Positions 1-12,535 of a stretch of 64,000 bases of DNA are shown piece by piece (position 1 is the first letter of the stretch; every line of letters begins with the position of its first letter). This DNA is from Mobula hypostoma (lineage: Eukaryota). A program made the translations under genes and the position numbers. The stretch spans positions 196,356,001 to 196,420,000 of the forward strand of contig NC_086097.1 of assembly GCF_963921235.1 (NCBI RefSeq), written 5' to 3'. The notes below the pieces were generated by a model, which did no database searches, was not told the origin of the DNA, and worked only from the letters and a program-made list of their open reading frames with translations.

Positions 1-302
1 CTTTCTCTAAAAAATGGCTATCCATTCTTTTCTGCACTCTCTCTAGAAAAATGGCTACCCATTCCTTTCCTAGGCATTTTAACAAACCTAACTTAATCAA
101 CTACATTTTTATTTTGAACAGCAAAATGAAATACTCAATTGTATAATGTAATTAAAGGAACATGCTTTTATATAGATTTACATTTCGAGAATATCTGCGG
201 ACAATAAAATGCCCAAAAACATAACTGTATTAATAAAATAAAGCATGGTCTTAAACCAGGATATTACACTTATTGAAACATATAAAGTTATAAGAAACAC
301 AC

Positions 303-470
303 AGAGTAAACAGTCGATGTTTCGGGCCGACACAGGGTCCTGATGAAGGGTCTTGCCAGCAACATTGACTGTTTACTCTTTACCATAGATGCTGCCTGGC
401 CTGCTGCTTTCCTTCAGCATTTTGTGTGTGTTGCTTGGATTTCCAGCAACTGCAGATTTTCTCATTTTTG
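303..470 (+). mobile_element. Penelope-like element 3' (pseudo-LTR) fragment with inverted head and degenerate hammerhead core
   Basis: AGAGTAAACAGTCGATGTT (303) is the inverted repeat of AACATTGACTGTTTACTCT (ends 379). CTGATGAAGGG lies at ~340. The downstream GATGCTGCCTGGCCTGCTG...TTTGTGTGTGTTGC sequence matches the 3' end of the Penelope element at 26.2 kb. Confidence 0.7.
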
Positions 471-501
471 GAAGTTTTGAAAGTTTGAAGATCTGATGAA
501 G

Positions 502-697
502 TATAGAAACATAGAAAACCTACAGCACAATACAGGCCCTTCAGCCCACAATGCTGTGCCAAACATGTACTTACTTTAGAAATTACTTAGGTTACCCATA
601 GCCCTCTATTTTTCTAAGCTCCATGTACCTATCCAGGAATCTCTTAAAAGACCCTATTGTATCCGCCTCCACCACAGTCGCCGACAGCCCATTCCAT
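502..697 (-). mobile_element. CR1-clade LINE 3' end fragment
   Basis: (TTCTATG)-type tail on the minus strand (TATAGAAACATAGAA on plus). The sequence is similar to the CR1 3' end at 14556-14805. Confidence 0.75.
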
Positions 698-814
698 GTC
701 TATGGTGCTGAATGCACTTTTGTAACTAATCAGGCTTTGGGGAAGAACTGGTATCTAAAAATCCTCAGCATAACTGGGGGCCACTGAGCTTCATATCAGG
801 TGATCCAAAGAAAC

Positions 815-1101
815 TGTGGTAACTTCTACTTTGAAAAAGGACCACTCGACAACTTCATGCCCAAAGGAAACAACTTTATCTGGGACGGCAAAACCGATAT
901 TTACATACAGAGGCTTTCACTGAACCGTACTGCATGGCAGAGAAACTATACAGATGCACACCGGACAAGAAAACGGAAGTAAAACCCCCTCAACTCCGGA
1001 ACCAGCCTCTCTTTACAAACAACTTCCCCTAGCGGGAGAATTGCTATATTACCATTATCCTAATTAGTATTAACTTATTTTTATAATGCTCACATTCAAC
1101 A
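815..1101 (-). repeat. 3' LTR (287 bp)
   Basis: TGTGGTAAC...TTCAACA; direct repeat of 11675-11966 with about a dozen substitutions and a small indel region by eye. Confidence 0.95.
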
Positions 1102-1114
1102 CTTCTCCCCCTTT
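1102..1114 (-). promoter_or_regulatory. Polypurine tract (PPT)
   Basis: AAAGGGGGAGAAG on the minus strand immediately before the 3' LTR. Confidence 0.9.
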
Positions 1115-1369
1115 AAATTCCAACATTGCCCAAATGTAAAAGAACTGGGAAACAAAAACAGTGGTGTCATTAGCTTGTGTACCCCTGAAACTTATACTAG
1201 TGTCTCAGCAACAGTTTACCAATACAAAACACCTGAAAAACGTGGCAGATTCAACATTCCGTCTAACACAAAAAAAAACTGTCCAGTCAAACATTCAGTC
1301 TGTCAGGAAGTTTGTGACTGCGCTGTGATCTGCGCACTACCACCAGTGACAGTGACCCAGCAGGCACTG

Positions 1370-4300
1370 CTAGTGAGGGTTTTTTGGGTGGATCTGGTGT
1401 TGGGGGCATGAGAGGGGTCTGTATGTCCGTGTGAGAATGTCCATCCTCTTCAGGGGACCCCGATCCCTCTGTCTGCGTCTCTCTCTCTCTCTCTCTGGCA
1501 AAGTCACTGGTGGACCTGCTCCCACAGTAGTCTGTCTCACCATTGGAAACTCCGTGGAACTGTCTGCCTCTGAGCCTATATCATGACACAGGCGCACATG
1601 GTCCTGATGTCTGCAGAAAACACATCCGTCAGTCAGCTTAACAACATAGGAGACTGGACCACTCTGCTTAAGAATAACCCCAGGTAGCCATTGCTGATTG
1701 TTGTTACTGCTGAAGTTTCTCATATAGACATTGTCATCCGGTTTTAACTGTCTCTCTCGCGCATGTTGATCATGTCCCTCCTTCTGCTTTTCCTGCTTTC
1801 TCTCCATTTTTGCCTTCATGTCTGGGTGTAGCAGGTCCAATCTTGACTTGGGCCTACGCCCCATCAACATCTTTGCTGGAGTGCGTGCAGTCGTAGTGTG
1901 TGGCATGAGGCGGTATTTAAATAGGAAACGTGAAAGCTGAGTGCTAAGAGAGTGCCCTGTCATCAACTTCAGGCCTTACTTTACTGTCTGAACAGTCCGC
2001 TCAGCCAAGTCATTTGAGACTGGGTGGAAAGGGGCCGAATGAATGTGATGAATGCCAGTCTGCTGCATGAACTCACTGAACAGCTCACTGGTGAAAGTCG
2101 GGCCATTATCAGTGACCAGAATGTCAGGCAACCTGTGCCTGAGTTTGTCTATAGTTGAGTGGACTGTGATGTTGCTCATGATGTGAGCTTCTATCCATTT
2201 GGAGTGCACATCCGCCATTACAAAAAACATCTGCCCCATAAAGGAGCCAGCAAAGTCCAAATGTAGCCTAGACCAGGGGTGGTCTGGCCACTCCCATGGG
2301 TGCAAAGGAGCTGGTGGTGCCATGTTCTGATTGATCTGATGTTGCGTGCATGATTTTACCTTGTTCTCCAGATCCTGATCCATTCTTATCCACCAGACGT
2401 AGGATCTTGCAAGGCTTTTCATCCGAGACACCCCTGGATGAGTCTCATGAATTTCCTCCACAATCTGCGAACAGCTAGGGGGAGGCACGATGACCCTCAC
2501 CACCCCCACCCCCCCAGAAAAATGCAGCCATCCTGCAAACTCAGTTCTGTCTTGCGTTTGGCATAAGGCCTCAATTCCTCTCCTTCCACGACACACGGCC
2601 AACCTTGTAAAAGGAAGGTCTTGACTTGGGACAGGACTGGGTCCCTCTCTGTCCACTGCTTGATCTGGGTCGACTTTACAGGCATCTCTGACAGCCTCTC
2701 CAATGAAAGCACAGTCTCTGAAGGCACATATGTAGTAGCAGGTATCTCAGGTAAAGGTAGTCGACTCAGCGCATCGGCGTTTACATTATCCCTACCCACT
2801 CTGTACACTATAGTGTACTGGTAGGCTGACAATGTGGGAGCCCAACGCTGTATCCTGGCTGAGGCTAGCGGTGGGATGCACCTGGCCTCACTGAACAGGC
2901 TCAGCAGTGGTTTCTGGTCCATATAAATTGTGAATGCATGTCCGTAGAGGTACTGATGAAAGCGTTTGACCGCAAAAGCAATGGCCAGACCTTCTTCGTC
3001 TAGCTGTGAATATCCCTTCTCAGCAGCCATCAGGGTACGTGAAGCAAAACCAATAGGCTTCTCTGAATGGTCCTCCATTACATGTGAGAGTATTGCCCCG
3101 ACTCCATAGGGCAAGGAGTCGCATGAAAGGATAATCTCCTTGTCTGGGTCATAGTGAACAAGCAGCTTCGCTGAGTGGAGGAGTTCTTTCACTTCCTTGA
3201 AAGTTTCCTTCTGCTCTTCACCCCACTGCCACTTAGTGTCACTGTGAAGCAGCTTGTACAGTGGGGTCAAAACCTTTGGGAGGTCAGGAAGAAACTTGCC
3301 ATAATAATTCACCATGCCCAAAAATGACCTGAGTTCTGTGATGCTCTTGGGGCTTGGGGCCTCCTTGATAGCTCTCATTTTGTCTTCCACCGGGCAGAGC
3401 CCCTCAGCTGTGATCTTGTGTCCCAGGTAAGTCACACTTGATGCCAGGAACACACACTTGCCGCGTTTCAATCGCAGCCCTGCATCTGAGAGCCACTTCA
3501 GCACCTGTCCTAAGTTAGCCAGACGCTCCACCACTGTGGCCCATGTGATCAAAATATCATCAAGATACACTGCTATGTGTGGAATCCCCTGCAGCAAAGT
3601 GTCCATTTTCCTTTGGAAAATGGCAGGGCTGGACGCCACTCCAAACATCAGGCGATTGTACTTGAATAATCCCTTGAGCGTGTTGATTGTGACGTATTCC
3701 TTTGAATCCTCGTCGAGCAGCAACTGTTGGTAAGCGTGGCTCATGTCCAGCTTTGTGAACAGCTTACCCCCTGACAGGGTGGCAAACAGGTCATCCACCT
3801 GTGGCAATGGGTACTCCTCCAGCTTAGCGATCTGATTCACCGTAAACTTATAGTCACCACATATCCTTGCCATTTTATCTGCCTTCAGAACTGGAACAAA
3901 GGGAGCTGCCCACCTTGAAAACTAGATGGGTTCAATGATGCCCAGCCCCTGTAAACGTTCCAGCTCCTCAACTTTGCCTTTCATGGCATAGGGCACCCAC
4001 CTGGGCTTAAAAAACGTGGTGTGGCCTCAGGGTCGACATAGAGTTTCACTGTCACGCCCTTCAGTGTGCCCAGCTCATCCCTGAAAACGTCACAGTACCG
4101 CCGCAGAATGTCCTCCGTCGTGTGTGCATACCTAATTTCATGCCATTTGAGCCAGATTTTGAGAAGCCAATCACGGCCCAAAAGACTGGGCCCACTGCCC
4201 TTAGCTATCACCAGCCTGGCTTCAGTCTTCTGACACCTGGCTGAAATATCCACATCTAACACCCCTAAATGAGGTATGGGCTGCCCCACATGGGTCCTGA

Positions 4301-4481
4301 GTTGGAGCTTTGACGGTCTGATGGGAGGCAGGCTGGACCCCCATGTCCTCCTGTTGTTCTCCACACTGATGACCGATGCAGTAGCCCCTGAATCAATCTC
4401 AAACTTAACGTCCTTTCCCCTGACAGTGACTGTGGCATAATATGGTTCAGGTGGTTCCTCATCTGTTTCCACTGCAAACAT
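1370..4481 (-). pseudogene. pol: Gypsy pol (protease-RT-RNaseH-integrase), broken by frameshifts and stops
   Basis: Protease FEIDSGATASVI (ORF 3981-4481). RT ICGDYK...YLDDILI and RNaseH LSCDSLPYGVGA (ORF 2497-3873). Integrase HETHPG...LHLDFAG...VTDNGPTF (ORF 1976-2656) and C-terminal SGPVSY (ORF 1370-1966). Confidence 0.93.
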
Positions 4482-4588
4482 GTTGTAGGCACACGCTGCC
4501 TCTTCATCTGTTCTTCTAGATGGTGTGTGGCTGCCTGAGCCTGTTGAGCTTTCCCCTGCCCAGGCTTAATCTTACCCTTTGAACTTCT

Positions 4589-5284
4589 TCACTTTTTAGC
4601 TAAATGTCCCTTTTTGATACAAGCATGGCAGACAGTGTCTTTGAATTTGCAATCATTTGCACAGTGTGTCCCTCCACACCGAAAACATTCCACCCGCTTT
4701 GCCAGTTTACCAGTCTCCCCCCTGACTTGGTGCACTGCCGCCGACCGGATATGTCCATATTGGATATCCTTGACATTATTAGCAGCCATCTCCATGCCTT
4801 GGGATATCTCTAGGGCTTTCTTGAAAGTCAACGGTGGGGTTTCCCCTAACAGGCGGCGTTGTATGCCGTCATTATTAATGCCACATACCAATCTGTCACG
4901 GAGCATGTCATCTAACACTGTCCCAAAATCACAATGCTCCGACAGCTGCCTAAGCTTGGCCACAAAACTGGCCACTGACTGACCTGGCTTCTTGAAATGG
5001 CTGTGAAAGTTAAACCATTAGACTATCACGGAAGGTTCCGGATTGTGGTGGTTCCCCACGAGCTTGACCAGTTGGTCTTATGGAATTTCCCCCGGTTTCC
5101 GCAGTGTGGCTAAGTTCATTATCAGGTTGTAAGTCTTTACCCCACACACACTCAGGACTATAGGGCACTTCTTAGCCTCCTCAAAAATTCCATTAGCACA
5201 GAAAAAGTGTCCCAGCCTTTCCTCATCCTCCAGCCAGTCCTCGTTCCCCTCCACAAATTCACTGATAGTCCCAAACGTAGCCAT
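4589..5284 (-). pseudogene. gag: Gypsy gag, disrupted
   Basis: ATG at 5284 begins MATFGTISEFVEGNEDW. MLRDRLVCGI motif; zinc knuckles CFRCGGTHCANDC and CHACIKKGH. Interrupted by stops/frameshift. Confidence 0.88.
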
Positions 5285-5299
5285 CTGAACGCAAGGCTC

Positions 5300-8200
5300 C
5301 TCATCCCCCACACAGCTCCTGTTCAGACACCTGTGCCCTTTGCCTCTCGACTCCCCACACAGCTCCTGTTCAGACACCTGTGCCCTTTGCCTCTCGACTC
5401 CCCACACAGCTCCTGTTCAGACACCGGCGCCCTTTGCCTCTCGTCCCCCCGCACAGTCCTGTTCAGACACCGGCACCCTTTGCCTCTCGTCCCCCCGCAC
5501 AGCTCCTGTTCAGACACCTGTGCCCTTTGCCTCTCGTCCCCCCGCACAGCTACTGTTCAGACACCGGCACCCTTTGCCTCTCGACTCCCCACACAGCTCC
5601 TGTTCAGACACCTGTGCCCTTTGCCTCTCGTCCCCCCATCACAGCGCCTGTTCAGACACCGGCACCCTTTGCCTCTCGACTCCCCACACAGCTCCTGTTC
5701 AGACACCTGTGCCCTTTGCCTCTCGACTCCCCGCACAGCTCCTGTTCAGACACCGGCGCCCTTTGCCTCTCGTCCCCTGGCACAGCTCCAGTTCAGACAC
5801 CGGCGCCCTTTGCCTCTCGTCCCCCCGCACAGCTCCTGTTCAGACACCGGCGCCCTTTGCCTCTCGTCCCCCGCACAGCTCCTGTTCAGACACCTGTGCC
5901 CTTTGCCTCTCGTCCCCCGCACAGCTCCTGTTCAGACACCGGCGCCCTTTGTCTCTCGTCCCCCGCACAGCTCCTGTACAGACACCTGTGCCCTTTGCCT
6001 CTCGTCCCCCGCACAGCTCCTGTTCAGACACCGGCGCCCTTTGCCTCTCGTCCCCCACACAGCTCCTGTTCAGACACCTGTGCCCTTTGTCTCTCGTCCC
6101 CCCGCACAGCTCCTGTTCAGACACCTGTGCCCTTTGCCTCTCGTCCCCCCGCACAGCTCCTGTTCAGACACCGGCGCCCTTTGTCTCTCGTCCCCCGCAC
6201 AGCTCCTGTTCAGACACCGGCGCCCTTTGCCTCTCGTCCCCTGGGACAGCTCCTGTTCAGACACCGGCGCCGTTTGCCTCGCGACTCCCCGCACAGCTCC
6301 TGTTCAGACACCTGTGCCCTTTGTCTCTCGTCCCCCCGCACAACTCCTGTTCAGTCACCGGCGCCCTTTACCTCTCGACTCCCCGCACAGCTCCTGTTCA
6401 GACACCGGCACCCTTTGCCTCTCGACCCCCCACACAGTCCTGTTCAGACACCGGCGCCCTTTGCCTCTCGTCCCCCCATCACAGCTCCTGTTCAGACACC
6501 GGCGCCCTTTGCCTCTCGTCCCCCCGCACAGCTCCTGTTCAGACACCGGCACCCTTTGCCTCTCGACCCCCCACACAGCTCCTGTTCAGACATCGGCGCC
6601 CTTTGCCTCTCGACTCCCCACACAGCTCCTGTTCAGACACCGGCGCCCTTTGCCTCTCGACTCCCCACACAGCTCATGTTCAGACACCTGTGCCCTTTGC
6701 CTCTCGACTCCCCACACAGCTCCTGTTCAGACACCGGCGCCCTTTGCCTCTCGTCCCCCCGCACAGCTCCTGTTCAGACACCTGTGCCCTTTGCCTCTCG
6801 TCCCCCCGCACAGCTCCTGTTCAGACACCGGCACCCTTTGCCTCTCGTCCCCCCGCACAGCTCCTGTTCAGACACCTGTGCCCTTTGCCTCTCGACACCC
6901 CACACAGCTCCTGTTCAGACACCGGCACCCTTTGCCTCTCGTCCCCCCGCACAGCTCCTGTTCAGACACCGGCGCCCTTTGCCTCTCGTCCCCCCATCAC
7001 AGCTCCTGTTCAGACACCAGCGCCCTTTGCCTCTCGACACCCCACACAGCTCCTGTTCAGACACCGGCGCCCTTTGCCTCTCGTCCCCTGGCACAGCGCC
7101 TGTTCAGACACCGGCGCCCTTTGCCTCTCGACCCCCCACACAGCTCCTGTTCAGACACCTGTGCCCTTTGCCTCTCGACTCCCCACACAGCTCCTGTTCA
7201 GACACCGGCGCCCTTTGCCTCTCGTCCCCCCGCACAGCTCCTGTTCAGACACCGGCGCCCTTTGCCTCTCATCCCCCCGCACAGCTCCTGTTCAGACACC
7301 TGTGCCCTTTGCCTCTCGACTCCCCACACAGCTCCTGTTCAGACACCTGTGCCCTTTGCCTCTCATCCCCCCGCACAGCTCCTGTTCAGACACCGGCGCT
7401 TTTTGCCTCTCGTCCCCCCGCACAGCTCCTGTTCAGACACCGGCGCCCTTTGCCTCTCGACTCCCCGCACAGCTCCTGTTCAGACACCGGCGCCCTTGGC
7501 CTCTCGTCCCCCCATCACAGCTCCTGTTCAGACACCGGCGCCCTTTGCCTCTCAACTCCCCACACAGCTCCTGTTCAGACACCTGTGCCCTTTGCCTCTC
7601 GTCCCCCCGCACAGCTCCTGTTCAGACACCGGCACCCTTTGCCTCTCGTCCCCCCACACAGTCCTGTTCAGACACCTGTGCCCTTTGCCTCTCGTCCCCC
7701 GCACAGCTCCTGTTCAGACACCTGTGCCCTTTGCCTCTCGTCCCCCCGCACAGCTCCTGTTCAGACACCTGAGCCCTTTGCCTCTCGACTCCCCGCACAG
7801 CTCCTGTTCAGACACCTGTGCCCTTGGCCTCTCGTCCCCCCACACAGCTCCTGTTCAGACACCGGCGCCCTTTGCCTCTCGTCCCCCCGCACAGATCCTG
7901 TTCAGACACCGGCGCCCTTTGCCTCTCGACCCCCCGCACAGCTCCTGTTCAGACACCGGCGCCCTTTGCCTCTCATCCCCCCGCACAGCTCCTGTTCAGA
8001 CACCTGTGCCCTTTGCCTCTCGACTCCCCGCACAGCTCCTGTTCAGACACCTGTGCCCTTTGCCTCTCGACTCCCCGCACAGCTCCTGTTCAGACACCGG
8101 CGCCCTTTGCCTCTCGTCCCCCCGCACAGCTCCTGTTCAGACACCGGCGCCCTTTGCCTCTCGTCCCCCCGCACAGATCCTGTTCAGACACCGGCGCCCT

Positions 8201-11200
8201 TTGCCTCTCGACCCCCCGCACAGCTCCTGTTCAGACACCGGCGCCCTTTGCCTCTCATCCCCCCCGCACAGCTCCTGTTCAGACACCTGTGCCCTTTGCC
8301 TCTCGACTCCCCGCACAGCTCCTGTTCAGACACCTGAGCCCTTTGCCTCTTGACTCCCCGCACAGCTCCTGTTCAGACACCTGTACCCGTGGCCTCTCGT
8401 CCCCCCACACAGTTCCTGTTCAGACACCGGCGCCCTTTGCCTCTCGTCCCCCCGCACAGCTCCTGTTCAGACACCGGCGCCCTTTGCCTCTCGACCCCCC
8501 GCACAGCTCCTGTTCAGACACCGGCGCCCTTTGCCTCTCGTCCCCCCGCACAGCTCCTGTTCAGACACCTGTGCCCTTGGCCTCTCGTCCCCCCACACAG
8601 CTCCTGTTCAGACACCGGCGCCCTTTGCCTCTCGTCCCCCCGCACAGCTCCTGTTCAGACACCGGTGCCCTTTGCCTCTCGTCCCCCCGCACAGCTCCTA
8701 TTCAGACACCGGCGCCCTTTGCCTCTCGTCCCCCCGCACAGCTCCTGTTCAGACACCGGCGCCCTTTGCCTCTCGTCCCCCCGCACAGCTCCTGTTCAGA
8801 CACCGGCACCCTTTGCCTCTCGTCCCCCCGCACAGCTCCTGTTCAGACACCTGTGCCCTTTGCCTCTCGTCCCCCCGCACAGCTCCTGTTCAGACACCGG
8901 CGCCCTTTGCCTCTCGTCCCCTGGCACAGCTCCTGTTCAGACACCTGTGCCCTTTGCCTCTCATCCCCCCGCACAGCTCCTGTTCAGACACCGGCGCCCT
9001 TTGCCTCTCGACTCCCCGCACAGCTCCTGTTCAGACACCGGCGCCCTTTGCCTCTCGTCCCCTGGCACAGCTCCTGTTCAGACACCGGCACCCTTTGCCT
9101 CTCGTCCCCCCATCACAGCTCCTGTTCAGACACCGGCACCCTTGGCCTCTCGTCCCCCCATCACAGCTCCTGTTCAGACACCGGCGCCCTTTGCCTCTCG
9201 TCCCCCCACACAGTCCTGTTCAGACACCTGTGCCCTTTGCCTCTCGTCCCCCGCACAGCTCCTGTTCAGACACCGGCGCCCTTTGCCTCTCGACTCCCCG
9301 CACAGCTCCTGTTCAGACACCGGCGCCCTTTGCCTCTCGTCCCCCCGCACAGCTCCTGTTCAGACACCAGCGCCCTTGGCCTCTCGTCCCCCCGCACAGC
9401 TCCTGTTCAGACACCTGTGCCCTTTGCCTCTCGTCCCCCCGCACAGCTCCTGTTCAGACACCTGAGCCCTTTGCCTCTCGACTCCCCGCACAGCTCCTGT
9501 TCAGACACCTGTGCCCTTGGCCTCTCGTCCCCCCACACAGCTCCTGTTCAGACACCGGCGCCCTTTGCCTCTCGTCCCCCCGCACAGCTCCTGTTCAGAC
9601 ACCGGCGCCCTTTGCCTCTCGACCCCCCGCACAGCTCCTGTTCAGACACCGGCGCCCTTTGCCTCTCATCCCCCCGCACAGCTCCTGTTCAGACACCTGT
9701 GCCCTTTGCCTCTCGACTCCCCGCACAGCTCCTGTTCAGACACCTGAGCCCTTTGCCTCTTGACTCCCCGCACAGCTCCTGTTCAGACACCTGTGCCCGT
9801 GGCCTCTCGTCCCCCCACACAGCTCCTGTTCAGACACCGGCGCCCTTTGCCTCTCGTCCCCCCGCACAGCTCCTGTTCAGACACCGGCGCCCTTTGCCTC
9901 TCGACCCCCCGCACAGCTCCTGTTCAGACACCGGCGCCCTTTGCCTCTCATCCCCCCGCACAGCTCCTGTTCAGACACCGGCACCCTTTGCCTCTCGTCC
10001 CCCCATCACAGCTCCTGTTCAGACACCGGCACCCTTGGCCTCTCGTCCCCCCATCACAGCTCCTGTTCAGACACCGGCGCCCTTTGCCTCTCGTCCCCCC
10101 ACACAGCTCCTGTTCAGACACCTGTGCCCTTTGCCTCTCGTCCCCCCGCACAGCTCCTGTTCAGACACCGGCGCCCTTTGCCTCTCGACTCCCCGCACAG
10201 CTCCTGTTCAGACACCTGTGCCCTTTGCCTCTCGACTCCCCGCACAGCTCCTGTTCAGACACCGGCGCCCTTTGCCTCTCGACTCCCCACACAACTCCTG
10301 TTCAGACACCGGCACCCTTTGCCTCTCGTCCCTCCGCACAGCTCCTGTTCAGACACCGGCGCCCTTTGCCTCTCGACTCCCCGCACAGCTCCTGTTCAGA
10401 CACCGGCGCCCTTTGCCTCTCGACCCCCCACACAGCTCCTGTTCAGACACCGGCGCCCTTTGCCTCTCGTCCCCCCGCACAGCTCCTGTTCAGACACCGG
10501 CACCCTTTGCCTCTCGACTCCCCGCACAGTCCTGTTCAGACACCGGCGCCGTTTGCCTCTCGACTCCCCGCACAGCTCCTGTTCAGACACCTGTGCCCTT
10601 TGCCTCTCGTCTCCCCGCACAGCTCCTGTTCAGACACCGGCACCCTTTGCCTCTCGTCCCTCCGCACAGCTCCTGTTCAGACACCGGCGCCCTTTGCCTC
10701 TCGTCCCCCCATCACAGCTCCTGTTCAGACACCGGCGCCCTTTGCCTCTCGTCCCCCCGCACAGCTCCTGTTCAGACACCGGCGCCCTTTGCCTCTCGAC
10801 TCCCCACACAGCTCCTGTTCAGACACCGGCGCCCTTTGCCTCTCGTCCCCCCGCACAGCTCCTGTTCAGACACCGGCGCCCTTTGCCTCTCGTCCCCCCG
10901 CACAGCTCCTGTTCAGACACCGGCGCCCTTTGCCTCTCGTCCCCCCGCTCAGACACCGGCTGTTCAGACACCGGGCCCTTTGCCTCTCGCCCCCCGCACA
11001 GCCCTTTCAGACACCGCCCTTTGCCTCTCGTCCCCCCGCACAGCTCCTGTTCAGACACCGGCGCCCTTTGCCTCTCGTCCCCCCGCACAGCTCCTGTTCA
11101 GACACCGGCGCCCTTGGCCTCTCGTCCCCCCGCACAGCTCCTGTTCAGACACCGGCGCCCTTTGCCTCTCGTCCTCCCGCACAGCTCCTGTTCAGACACC

Positions 11201-11546
11201 GGCACCCTTTGCCTCTCGTCCCCCCACACAGCTCCTGTTCAGACACCGGTGCCCTTTGCCTCTCATCCCCCGCACAGCTCCTGTCAGACACCGGTGCCCC
11301 TTGCCTCTCATCCCCCCGCACAGCTCCTGTCAGACACCAGCGCCCCTTGCCTCTCATCCCCCCGCACAGCTCCTGTTCAGACACCGGCGCCCTTTGCTTC
11401 TCGTCTCCTGCACAGCTCCTGTTCAGACACCAGTGCCCTTTGTCTCTCGTCCTCCCGCACAGCTCCTGTTCAGACACGGCGCCCTTTGTCTCTCGTCCCC
11501 CCGCACAGCTCCTGTTCAGACACCGGCGCCGTTTGCCTCTCGTCCC
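5300..11546. repeat. 47-bp tandem repeat array (~133 copies) in the retrotransposon 5' leader
   Basis: Unit CACAGCTCCTGTTCAGACACCGGCGCCCTTTGCCTCTCGTCCCCCCG, period 47 (e.g. 5311 to 5358). It lies between the PBS and the gag ATG. Confidence 0.98.
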
Positions 11547-11650
11547 TGAGCTGCTCCTCCTCGGCACTGCTGCTCATACGTAGCCGCCTAACTAGCTAGC
11601 ACACTGTAGCCTAGCTAAAGCTAACAACAAAAACGAAACGGTACAACACC

Positions 11651-11668
11651 ATCCCATCCTCATCGCCA
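11651..11668 (-). promoter_or_regulatory. Primer-binding site complementary to tRNA-Ser(GCU)
   Basis: Minus strand TGGCGATGAGGATGGGAT a few nt inside the 5' LTR. It matches 17/18 to the vertebrate tRNA-Ser(GCU) 3' end ATCCCATCCTCGTCGCCA (recalled sequence). Confidence 0.85.
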
Positions 11669-11674
11669 AAAATA

Positions 11675-11966
11675 TGTGGTAACTTCTACTTTGAAAAAGG
11701 ACCACTTGACAACTTCATGCCCAAAGGAAACAACTTTATCTGAGACGGCAAAACCGATATTTACATACTTAGGCTTTCACTGAACTGTACTGCATGGCAG
11801 AGAAACTATACAGATGCACACCGGACAAGAAAACGGAAGAAAACCACTCCCCCCCAACCCCGGAACCAGCCTCTCTTTACAAACAGCTTCCCCTAGCAGG
11901 AGTATTGCTATATTACCATTATCCTAATTAGTATTAACTTATTTTTATAATGATCACACTACAACA
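11675..11966 (-). repeat. 5' LTR (292 bp)
   Basis: TGTGGTAAC...TACAACA followed by TSD GAAAC. Confidence 0.95.
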
Positions 11967-12535
11967 GAAACTTTATGTTCATCACGTCCCTTTCATGATG
12001 TAAAATACTTCTGCAAGCTGTTGCATGCAGATATTACCTGATTTGAGCATCATTATAGCATTAATTCACAAACAAGTTTGGTAAATGAGATTGTGCAAAA
12101 TGGGAAGCATTAACAATGGATTATCTGGCATTGGACATCTGGTTCAGTAAGTTTATATGCAACTATAGAAAGAATGTGCTTGATAGTCCCACAACCTGCG
12201 GCAAGATTAATCCTATGCTGGTGAAACTGCAAGTTTTTTAGACTTCAGTGGTCATGAATTTCAATTTCCTTCCACTTCATTTACATATGCCTTACAAATG
12301 ATTTAGGAGTCAGTGGACTGGGCCATGTTCATCCAGAGACCTAAATGAATACACCAGGATGGTAACAGATTTTATTTAAAAAGCTGTAGATTTTTCTTTG
12401 CAAAATTTGTTCTTTACAATCCAAAGACAATTCTACTCCAAGAATATCAGGTACTGCAGGCTACTCCAACAGTGAGCTGCTCATTGATTGGAGTAACTGG
12501 ACTGGTGTCAGCAGTGGAGCCAGCAAAGGTCCCGA

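Larger units (their letters stand above)
815..11966 (-). mobile_element. Full-length, decayed Ty3/Gypsy LTR retrotransposon (Mag / K02A2.6-like)
   Basis: Two direct LTRs with TG...CA ends. 5-bp TSD GAAAC at 810-814 and 11967-11971. PBS, PPT, gag with two zinc knuckles, and PR-RT-RH-IN order on the minus strand. Confidence 0.96.

Noticed and set aside
1..72. Short ~37-bp tandem duplication at the window start
   Set aside because: Two imperfect copies truncated by the window edge; not interpretable.
340..372. Functional hammerhead at ~340 (likewise 21180 and 45357)
   Set aside because: Core broken: GAAAC is replaced at 340, CTG is lost at the inversion junction at 21180, and A9 is mutated to C at 45357.
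5300..11546. CRISPR-like repeat-spacer array
   Set aside because: Units are head-to-tail with only a few recurring variant states, no unique spacers and no cas genes; the context is vertebrate.
5207..11599. Giant ORFs (up to 1243 aa) as a real repetitive protein gene
   Set aside because: A stop-free 47-bp unit opens all three frames at once. Starts are GTG/TTG, indels shift frame freely, and the ORFs are antisense inside a TE leader.
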